A stretch of 63,587 bases of DNA, filler included, from Sphacelaria rigidula (Eukaryota), in assembly GCA_964200075.2 (NCBI GenBank). It is 6 parts of 6 records of this genome, joined end to end, with 100 filler letters (N's around TTAATTAATTAA, not from the genome) between each part and the next. Parts side by side here need not be neighbours in the genome. Positions count along the whole stretch, not along the records: positions 10,618 to 21,132 come from CAXNAA020006353.1; positions 21,233 to 31,746 come from CAXNAA020006354.1; 4 more parts are not named here. One strand, written 5' to 3'. Shown here one piece after another: positions 13,447 through 24,592 of this stretch. The position numbers and the translations under genes are program-made. The first letter of the stretch is position 1, and each line of letters opens with the position of its first letter. Under the pieces are notes generated by a model. The model was not told where the DNA came from. It worked only from the letters and a program-made list of their open reading frames with translations, and did not search any database.

Positions 13447-15964
13447 ATCAGCTCAGTCGCAAGTGGAAGCTGCATGCCCGACCCCCTCTACCCCTCACCT
13501 CTTTTCCCAACTCGAATGAAAAAAATAGTTGAGGGCACTTGCCCATGGTCGCCTGTATTGGGATTACTGACTTGTCAACCGAAGACGAACAACACTCCCT
13601 GGCACATGTTGACAAAACATATTTCTCCATGAAATGGCAACGAAAAATGCAGTGCGAAAAAAATATTTTCGTTTCGGGGTAGTTCGAAATGTTCGAGAAA
13701 TTGCATTTCGTTGAGACAATCTTGGCTCGTGTCTCCACGGGACAACGAGGAACAAGAGCTTGCGAAGGGAACCCATCGATTCACCGCCGCGGTGCTACTC
13801 CACCCCACGAGCAAGGAACCAGACTGCAGCTTTGGGTTCCCACTCTTGTTGAAACACATTCCTTGTGACTTTTAGAGAGAAAGCTGAGTTCGCCGATGAA
13901 ACGTGTTGATATGAAAACATCACGTAGCGGCCACAAAGCGATGCGGAGAGGCGATACAGACCCAAACCGGAACACACTAAGTGATGATCCTCCCGTTGTA
14001 GGATGAGTATCAGTCGAACTGCAGCTACTGATCAACCGAGTACGAGGTCTTCGGGTTGGATGAGATCGGCTCGTCATCGAATGAAGTGCGACCATTTGCG
14101 TCACACATGTTCCAAACGACTCACACATCCGTCAATGACCGCATCGTATCGTATCGTATCCTATTCATGAATAGCGTAATGTCGCCAGCTCCCACACTGC
14201 GAACTAGTACGAGGGTGTCCGGATTACCCATACTGTAGCGAAGACACAAATGATCCTTATCGGAACAATATTTTGTACCAGACTCAGACTGAAGAGGAGA
14301 ACATTGTCACTCTTCTCTGATGTCCTGCAGAACCAGGCCGAAAGATGATCCGCGCCGAACCATCAAGTTTTATGGATCCCCATGGACTTTGAAAACCCCG
14401 TGGTCTGCACAGCACCGAAACGACGAAATGCACCCGTGCACAGCTATCCAGCGTTTTACTGAGAGAGAAAGGATTGCCCCACGTGAACGGTAGAGTTTTT
14501 TTAATCAAATGTATTGTACAAGAGTAGCACTATACTATAGAGTACAGCATGTACAGTGTATTACCTCCTTTCACGGAATTGCCGCATACAAGGCGAACTT
14601 CACCAGCTTGCTGACATCCTTCCCAGAGGAGAGTTGAACCGTTCCCCCGAGGGAGCGGAATGAGAGTCAGTGCAGTAGTTTCATAACTATTTTATACACG
14701 CTTTGACTATGAAACTGGACTGCGCCTCGAAAACTACCGACTTGGATCGTTGCCGCCGAACATGGAGCAACTGCTATATGTACAGCCGCTCTTACGGTTT
14801 GCGGCTCCTGCAATACACTACAACATTATTTGTATGTGTGGTCGCTCTTGTGGCTTGCATCGCTTGCGGCGGCAGAGACTCTCTCGACAAGCACAACAAC
14901 GGTGAGTGGGCATCACAAACGGTGATCGGTCATCGGCTCTTCAACTGCACGACAACATTGCAGTCGCTGTTGTGGCTTGTGGCATCACCTCTCACGAAGC
15001 CAGTTGGCATGTTTTGCTCGCCGTTCTCTTGGTCATGTGCTTCAGGATACCGTTAGAAGATACATCGAACACTTTTGCAGGTTTTGTTCGCAGTCAAATA
15101 CTCAAAGGGTTTGAAGGTTGTATTGTGGCTGACGGGACCATCGCCTCCTCCTGCCTCTCTCAAGAAATTGAAAAAGAGCACCTGCGATACAGTGCTCGCC
15201 ACGACACAGTTTATGAAGTCCAACAAGACTATGACGACTGTAACTTGCGCTTATGTTTGTTGCGATTGTTATGCGGATGTCTGACTGTTTGCTAGGGTGA
15301 GCTCTTGACGGAATAGCGTCGTTCTTTTATTACGTTGTAATCTCGACATCCCTCTCCGACTGCGGAGTTATCAACTGTGGGAGAAGCACAAAGTATAGTT
15401 CAAAGTCACTTCTGTGTGGTAAATGAACGGAACATATACTCTTCGCTGTGACCATCAACTGTATCATACACCTTCGCTACACGCTGCCAAGACGAACAGT
15501 TGACCCAATACAATACTTCTCACCAGTTCTTCGCACTGCACACATTGCCCACAGACTGTGCAGCTCGCATCGCGCTGCCTCAAGATGAGCGCGATTTTCT
15601 TCACTGTCACGGATGGTATTCACCAAACACCTGATTTCGCTTCGCGCCTGGAGGTGGGGTTGCTCACTACAGCCCTTGCTGCGCCCGCGTTATCGCTCAT
15701 TCTCCCACTATGTGTCACTACTTATCGACGCTACACTCTTGGCTTGTGACGTGGTGTGGCTATTCCTTTATGGCTGGCAACTGTGCACTGCATGTACCAT
15801 CCATATGTATGTTCCATCAGGCTTTGTCATCGCTTCCTATTTTGAGACCCGTGGTTATGATTTCATCATCGCTTCCGACGAGAAGCGATTTTCAATACAG
15901 AAAAATGTGGTGATTGCAGCGTTGTGGTTTTCGAAGCCTTGACGGACAAACTTTATCGTTTGCA

Positions 15965-16080
15965 TATACGTTGTGTGTTTGTGTGTTGTTGTCCCATTTA
16001 TTCTAGACGCCGGTCTACACCTTTCGGAATAAGTGGGCGCATCAGTCGGGGTCACACAGGAGGACGGTCAACGCAGGAGT
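15965..16080 (-). mobile_element. 3' fragment of SINE family A (or of its partner LINE)
   Basis: Reverse complement of the tail gtgtgacccc...aaaggtgtagaccggcgtctagaat...acaacacaca. Confidence 0.7.
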
Positions 16081-16941
16081 ATCTTTATACGTAGAACAAC
16101 GAAATCGTGTCGTTATATTCCTCGGAATACCTCTGATTATGTTGGGTTGTGTGGTAAGCCTTTGCACGTGCGCCACTGTCAACCAAACATGCATGTTGCT
16201 CGGCAAGGTGTCCGCAAATCCCTCTTCAAAACAGGATTTCAGGAAGTGCTTTTTTCCTCCTTCCTGAAGTCTTGTCTAAAGAAGGGATTTGTGGGCATGT
16301 TTCGGGGATTTTTCTGGGGGGGGCGGGTGGTATCGCAGCGACCACTCAGCGATCGTTTTTCAAAAGAGCAATCTCGAAAAGGGATCGATTTTACTTGATT
16401 GAACACAAATAATCATGATCAATGCAGGGGTGCACGAGGAAACAAAATGCCGCACCCCTATGTACTGTGACCTTCTACTTTTTGGACCCCCTCAGGGCAC
16501 ACGCGGCCGTTTGGCTATCCCCCAAAATGCCCCCGACCGATCAGCGATCGTTTTTAAAGAAAGAGGATTTCAAAAAAGGGGGGAAATCCCGTTCGATGAA
16601 AAGGACTCTCGGAGAGTACAGCAGCATGTGACTGAACTCCTGTACTCTGCGTCGGTTGTTCTGGCTCTGCATTGAAAGTGTGATCCATATCATCACGGTC
16701 GGGGTGGTCATGCGGCACTGACCAGCAACAAGTGTTTTTGTCATAATCCTAGGTTGCAAAGGTGTCGATGATGCATCCGGGTGCTCATATAATTTTTCTG
16801 CTTCGCGGACGTTAGGGTAGAGTTCAAGGGCAGCTCGAGTAGGGGTATGTACTTTTGAGCTCCTGCTCGACGAACGCATACAAGAGAAGTATTGACCCTA
16901 ACATCCTCATTGGAAAAAAAAAAAAAAACGAACGACTCTTG

Positions 16942-17451
16942 CAGGGGTCGGACAAATCAATGATTCGTCTGGAATTTACTTGGTTTTAGTATGATGAATT
17001 CGAATCGTACAAATCAATCTCTAGGCTTTGTTCTCAGCGTTGCAAGCCAAGTACACGCAGCCCAGACACGAAAAATGGCGCAAAAGTTGCGTGGATACCC
17101 CTTGGACCAGCGGTCAACTTTTTTCACGGTTAGGACAAATCATCACGGCTCAAAATCACCAAATTCACGATTTCTTCGACATGATTGCCCAAAAGGGAAA
17201 ACAAGTGGATCGCTGGTCCAAGGGGTATCCATGCAACTTTTGCTCCATTTCACGTGTCTGGGCTGTGTGTACCTGGGTTGCAACGCCGAAATAAAGCCTA
17301 GAGATTGATTCGTCATGAGTCGACTCTTTAGACTAAAACCAAGAAATTTCCACACGAATCATCATGTGTCCGACCCTTGCCTTTTAGGCAATCGGGCCGA
17401 AGATATTGTGGATTTGGTGATCCGTAGTCGTGATGATTCGTCCTAACCGTA
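16942..17451 (-). mobile_element. hAT-type MITE containing a second copy of itself (17125-17379) in the opposite orientation
   Basis: The outer element is flanked by an 8-bp near-duplication, gactcttg / gactctag. The inner copy runs cacggttaggac...gtccgacccttg. Related copies lie at 29491-29750 and 39837-40105. Confidence 0.75.
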
Positions 17452-18669
17452 GACTCTAGATGTTATTTTCACACCAACTACAAGGCCAGAGCGTGTTCGC
17501 TATTTTTGAGTTGTGTGCTTCGAGCCCAAATGCATCCACTGGGTTTGAGCCCTTCTCAGGGCACGTCCCGCGCTCAGCGCGAAAATCGGACAGTGGTCTC
17601 TTAGTTCTTCTGCAGGTTTCGAGGGTCGGCTTGAAAAGGACGTGGAAATAAGGATCAACCCCGGAATGTCCCACTGGTGCGGAGGCGTGTGTGACGTCTG
17701 AATAGGAATAACGTTACCTTGACGCACGACTTCTCCCTGTCAAGGATGTAGTCTTAAACCATGTGTATCGCAAAAAAGGAAGGAAAAGGGGCGATGGTTC
17801 AGGATGGTCAGTAAAGTGTCGCCAAACAGCCCAGACACGTTTTGGAGGCTAGCAACCCCCCCCGCGCGTTTAGCACCCCTACACACGCAGCCATTTGCCC
17901 ATCCCCTAAAATGCCTCCGCAGGGATGCACGGCCCTACATATGCAAAATAAGCCTCAGCAGGCATCCAATCCCGCTGGAGGAAACCAAACACTACCGGCC
18001 TGGAGGGCCGCACACTCCTCCGGAGGCAAAAACAAGCGTTCGGATGCGTTCGATCCCTGTGGAGACAACAAAAAAGTGTTCTTTTGGAGAGCCGTGCACC
18101 CCTCCGGAGCCGTTTAGTTCCTCTGAAGGCTGGGAAGGTTTACCACCCTGAAGGAATTTTAGGGATAGCCAAATGGCCACGTGTCTAACGCTCATCATGT
18201 TAGCCGTTGGGCTGGAAGCCCATATTTGCTTATACTTCGTACCTATAAGCTATGTTTGACGTCGTTTTCGCTTCTCGCAATGCTGTTCAAACCACCACGC
18301 GTGCGTGAATCGTGGCACCACAGTATGTACAGTGTAATAGCCCCCTTGCGAGATTAAATCATCACTGGTACCGTAGTATGGCGAGAGCACTGAAGGAGGA
18401 GAGTGTTCACAGTACCTCTACTACCTATATGTACAGACAATTTAATAGCTGACACATCGTCGCTATTGTGGAAGCAGCACACTGCTGATTGCCACCCGTG
18501 TCAGGGTCGGGAAGTACAAGGGTAACCGAACAGCTGCTTGCTCAAAAAAACAACACGAAGATAGAAGCAGCTAGCATGCGATCGTCATGCGATCTGGCCT
18601 TTTTCCACATGTCGAAGGGTTCACAGTTAGGGGGTTATGTGGCACACGATACGAGTATGTACTTTCGAC

Positions 18670-19212
18670 GACCACTGTATAATCAAGACATTTGCGGACA
18701 AATAGCTCTGTACGGTGTATGTGCCGCTCCTTGTACCATGATAATATTGTAGTGTACGGGGACAATTCTGGGCGGAAGTGTAGGCATCCCAAAACAGCCG
18801 TGTGCGATACGTTCACCGGCGGTCTTGGTGGAACATTGCTGCTGCTGTTTTTGCCGCCGGGTCATGGTAACCCGTGTCTGCATGTGTGAGCTGGTGCTTG
18901 AGCACAGCATGCTCGCGCCCTCTCAAATGCTGTGGAGCGATGCAATGTTCTTTTGAGCACCACTGTGAAATCAAGACATTTGCGGACAAATAGCTCTGTA
19001 CGTTGTATGTGCCGCATTCTGTACCATGGTAATATTTCAGTGTACTGGGGGCAATTCTGTGCGGAGATCCTACCAGCCCACAAGCGTGTGCGATACCTTC
19101 ACCGGCGGTCTTGGTGCGACGTTGCTGCTGCTGTTTTTGCCGCTTGGTCGTGGTGACCCGGGTCTACAAGTGTGGGCTGGTGCTTGAGCACAAACATACT
19201 CACGCCCTCTCT
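18670..19212. repeat. Tandem duplication, two diverged units of about 288 bp
   Basis: accactgt..aatcaagacatttgcggacaaatagctctgtacg...gctggtgcttgagcac..cgccctctc occurs at about 18670 and about 18958. Confidence 0.85.
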
Positions 19213-20908
19213 TACACGGTGTTAAGCTGTCACTGAACTCTGGTGTGTTTGGACCTTCCCAAGACCGTTTGGTTTCCGCTGGAACTGCCTGAGCTACCAC
19301 CGCACTGCTGCGTTTGTCGCTGTAGAAAATAATCGTGGTAATGGGCATGCAGTGCTGTTTGCACACTTTTGAAAAAATCATGGTGTGTTGGCTGCTTCAT
19401 ATTCCGTGAAACGAACAAGGCGTTGCCCACACCAATCATTTCTATAGGGTAGTTGCGTTCTCGCTATGCTGTTGAACCCAATTCGAACATAGTTGAATCT
19501 GCGCTGGAGAGTACCTCAACAGCTGTACTGTGGAGTGGGCGGACCACGTGCTGTCTATACAACGTGAAAAAAATCGCGTGGTGGCTGTGCAGTTATCCAC
19601 TGTATCTTCTTCGGCACTCGACCCCTAAACCGCGAGGGTAGGTCACTTGCCGGATCGGTATCAATCTTATTTGAAAAAGTATGCGTGATCCTAGTAGGGT
19701 ACGCGCACCCCGGTGTAACAAGGGCTAACTTCTGAGTGTTTTATGGGTCAGTCCAGGAGTGCCCAAAACAAATGAGAGGCCCTGTGCCGATTTCTTTAAT
19801 CCCAGGTGTTTTCGGGGCGGCGGGGGAGGGGGGGGCGCTCGTACTCATTTGTTGCTTGCCTTGGTCGTTTGACCATTGACCACGCACCCCTTTCGAGACG
19901 GAGCACCGTTCAGGGGAGGGAGGGGGCGGGGGGAGGCAGCGCCTAACCCTTCATCTACAAAGAGGAAAGTTCCCAAGGGTGTGTTGGATGGCGTATTTCC
20001 TACACTTGGGTATTTCGAAAAAGCGTACCCTTGCGTACCCAAAACTCGCCTAGACTAATTAGATCTCACTCACCGATACCCAGATTGTGGGTGGAGGTTG
20101 AAAATCAGACGATCAACACAAAAATCGGGAGAGTATATACCAAGGTATCTACCCTACCCAAAACAACCCTTGAAATTTCTCATACGTAATGAACACATGA
20201 TCGCAACCTAGCACCAGAAACGTGCGCATGCTGACACAGGACAGGCTCTGGTCAAATCACTTCAATAGTGCACAGGAAGCGCTTCCGAGTTTCATCAGCA
20301 TTCCGTATCTACCTCTATTGATATCAACCGCTGTTTTTTTTTGCACGGGCAAATTTTCACGGAATCTGGCGAATAATTATTGTCGTTCGAAATATGCAGC
20401 ACAAGAAGAGTGAAATGATGATATCAATGACGAAAAGGAATGAAACTTAGACACGTCCGCAGACTCGTCTAGCCGTTTTTTTTTCATACTCAATTTTTTT
20501 TCAAGGTTTCCGACACTTGTGTACTGTCGCCGTCGAGTGTCCTTGTTTTTTTAGGGTTATATGCTGTATCTACGGTTGGAGTCGTGGCGGATGACTTTAT
20601 GTGGGAAAGTAGGATCAACTGGTCGATTTTATGATCCAATCAAATGTGCGTGCATCAAACTTGGCAACTCGGCAGTCCTGACTTGAGAGGGGAGGGCCGG
20701 TAAAGTGACGTGTAACCTGTTTTGCCGGTTGAGTTTTTCGCACACGCTCCTGAGAGCTCGACTCGGGTTCGTCAACTTGACTCCACGACGGCCCCCGCCT
20801 ACGCGGCGGCAGGAGAAGCATCGCAGTAGACAGTGCACCAGAGATATTACTGTTTTCGGAGATCGCCGCCAATATTTGTCCATGCTGCGCACATCGCCCC
20901 CCCGCCCC

Positions 20909-20948
<40 letters not shown>

Positions 20949-21939
20949 CCTTACCTGGCCTGGTGAGAAACCGGCGTGCAACGTCCCCGTTTTGTACGGA
21001 TGCAAGGTCAATGGTCATGTGACTATGGCATGCGAGATTATAAATCCCCCCCCCCCGGACCCCACCCCTCCCCCCCTCCTTCCCATGTCCATACGCGCGC
21101 CCCGCCGCAATTCATCGCCTCCCTTCTAGTTANNNNNNNNNNNNNNNNNNNNNNNNNNNNNNNNNNNNNNNNNNNNTTAATTAATTAANNNNNNNNNNNN
21201 NNNNNNNNNNNNNNNNNNNNNNNNNNNNNNNNAAAGACATTTTTCCGGGCTTTTATTTTTGTCTATTATAGGAAGCGGCCTTAGGGGTGCATCGGTCTTT
21301 GGAGGTTCTACAAACGAACAGCCCCCGTTTCTGGCTCTTTGATATTTTCGCTAAATCGAACCGATCCGGATTGTTACAATCAACAATTTAACGACTTCTC
21401 TTCTTTTTTATTTTCTCGATATTCATTGCGGTACAGCCGAAAAAACGTTTTTCGGGTAGTATGCGTTCAATAACACCCCCTCGATAAACAGGGTTTTACT
21501 CCGTATTGTTCATTCAGACAGTACAAAACGGGGGGAAATGTCCTGAGCACAACATGCTTCTTTTCCCAACGGCCATCGACTCTCCTATTCTTGAGTGAAG
21601 GTCACGAATCGACAGTAAAAACATCCGAATAGAGTGAACACCATACTTAAAGTTCGACGACTGTAACCGGAGCCAGTCGATTACATCCCTGAACAAGGAA
21701 AAAAAAAAAACTACATATCCCCTCCGAGAGCCGTATCCTGGGAACTCAATCGGTAAGAACGAGGAAAAGCGAGACTCGAGTCCTGCGAGTCACTCGGTAA
21801 GAAATGAGGACCTTTCCCAGATGTGGGTGGGTAGGGATACATTCCCAAGAGTACCAAAAACAGCAACGACAACGGCAAAACAAGAGCATCAGAAGCGCAG
21901 TCACGCGTGCCGATCGCGGAGCACAGTTTCTGTACTCAC

Positions 21940-22016
21940 CACAGCGAAGTGTCTCCTCACGAGAGAGACGTCGTCGACAGCTTCTAGAATTTTCTTTTCC
22001 TTCTCCGTGAACAATC
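21940..22016 (-). CDS. Sulfatase exon
   Basis: [26 protein letters not shown], with ttttgccag| and |GTGAGT. Confidence 0.8.
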
Positions 22017-24561
22017 CTGGCAAAACATGACAGCAAGGCAATACCATCATAATGCACCAAGGGAACACACACACAGACACGCACAGGCGAGGATGCGAAC
22101 GCAAACGTTAAAAAAAAAAAAAAACTTGTTCAAAAAGTGGTGAAAAACAACATGAACAAAATAACGGCTGGAGGCAGGCTATTTCTTTGCTGTCTTCTTA
22201 ACGTCTTTCTGTTTTATTTGGTGTTTTACTTGTTTTTTTTTTCCTTCTAATTTTCCCGAATCTTAGGAGAAACAATGAGAGCTCCATATCTTGTGAGGAA
22301 AAGCACGGCCGGTATTCGAAAGATGAGCCTACGCCTGTGACCAGGAGTTCGAGAGATAAGATTAATGTGCGGAAATAAAAAAAACTAATTTTGACGCGAA
22401 CCAATCAACTCAAATCAACCACTCTTTTTTCCTCAGTGAGGGGGGGGGGGAGTAGTACTCAGGATCTTGCATGCCGTAGTCACGTAACCATTTACGTCCC
22501 ATCCCAACGAAAGGGGGCGGGGGGGATTCCAACACCAGATTCGTGATTGATTGCGAGCCTGGTCCGGCGAAAACCGTTGCGTGCTCGTCCCAGTCTTGTA
22601 GGGATGCGAGGTCAATGGTCTCATGACTACGAACTGAACCAGAATGAGTAGTCCCCCCCCCCCCCCCCCCCAAGGTGGCATGAAATCGTTTGATGCATTA
22701 GACAGAAGCGAGAAAACGATGGTTATACTAGGAGATAGATGGTGGCCACCGACGGCGAAACAGGATGGGGATAAGATATGTACAAGGTTTTTGTGCGGTG
22801 TATGGAAGAAACGTAACGAACGCCGGAATTTTGGAGGTGTCTTTATTAGTAGTAGGAACGGTGCCCCGTCTCGAAAGGGATGCGTGGTCAATGGTCAAAC
22901 GACTAAGGTCAGCAACACATGAGTACGCCCCCCCTCCCCCCTCCAGGTCAATGGTCTTGTGACTATGGCATGCATGATCACGAGTGCACCCTCCCCCCCC
23001 GGCGCCGTTGCGGTATATGTTGAAATACGATCCTTACCGTGCTGTACTGATGGGATCGGCTGGTGGACAGACTGATGGGCCATGTACAGGAAGAGCGGCT
23101 CTTCATCCCAAGGATCCTTGTTGGAGATTATCTGAGGAAGCAGCACGCGAGGGGGAAAACAAAACAGAAAGGAAAAATCAGTGCGGTCGCTCGCCGCCTA
23201 AAAATTCGGAGCCACACCCCGAAGGTATTAGTATTGTAGCACAACCTCGAGACGCTGCGCCCCGGTGGTGTAATGGTCCGGCTGTCGCCATTAGAGTGGA
23301 GAAGACGAGGGTTCGATTCCCGATGCGTTCGGCTTTTCCTTCGTAATATCTGATTTCCACCGTGCAAAGCGTGAGAACGTGAGTAAACAAAGTAGTCGAC
23401 CGAGTTGGTTTAACCTGACTCGACGCGATGGGGGAGTGCTGATAGCCATGTCCCAATCATACCGCGAGTCACAAATGAAAGGCGTGCACCGGGGGAGAGA
23501 TGGAACGATCCCTTGAGACCATGGACTTATCCCGAGGAGGGGGGGGGTCAAAGTGCGACAAAAAAAAACTCGTGACGACAAGCAATCGTCCAAGAGGCAA
23601 AACACAGTGCTTAGCATGGGTGCTGTGTTTTGATCTCGACAGCCAGCGACATAATTCCGCACCCATCCCCCGTGGGATATCTACCTGGTACACCCGTACA
23701 GCTCTAGCTAGTCAGGGCGGAACGTTACAAAAAGCAGCCGTTTTGGAGATAATGCTCGGCAACATGCACGATAATACAGGGTGTCAAGCAAGATCCGCCT
23801 ATTTATAGCTCTTTTGGGGGGGCGTGAGACGACGCAAAAGGTTTAGAACATAGTTTTTCAGATGAGTGTATTCTCGATCGCCATCATAAGTGGTCTAACT
23901 TAGAAAAAACCTGCGTTAATTCTTCATGGGTCTACTCGGGGTGTGAACCAGCCTGTAGCTCTTCTTGGCCGCAATACGCGCAGAGAACAAAGTGCGAAAA
24001 TAGAGTTTTCGTATTTTTGTGTGTGGGCTCGGGATTTTTTTTTCCAACCAGGCAGGCAGGGCGTTTTTTTTCGTTTGTTTCACCCTTGAGAACAATTGTG
24101 GGGCGGGAAAATAATCTTACCCTGTTCGCTCGTCCCAAAAATATATCCTCTGAATACTCTCGGTCATAATCCATAGCTCCCTCGTCGACATCTTCGAACG
24201 GTCGGTAACCACCGCAGCCGGCCTTGAGCACCCCACACTCATCCTCCCGCTCATATCCCCTCTGACGTTCACCGTCTTCGTGCCCCTCTTGGTGTTGCCG
24301 CTGTCTTTGGCGGAGCAACCGTTCTTGGTCGGTGGCACGCATTCGTTCCGTCTCCATCAACCCGCCCTCATCATCGTCCTCAGCAGAAGCAGCAGCACCG
24401 TCATCATCAAAGTAATCAGCGGAGGATGACTCATCTGTACGTTTTTTTTTTTTTGGCATCCAAGAGAAAAAGCAAGAAGGCTCGTCAACGAATTTCGCGT
24501 CAGGCTCACGAGTGTATTTTTGCGCAGTCTTGGAACTTTTGGAACGGTCTGCACGTTATAC

Positions 24562-24592
<31 letters not shown>

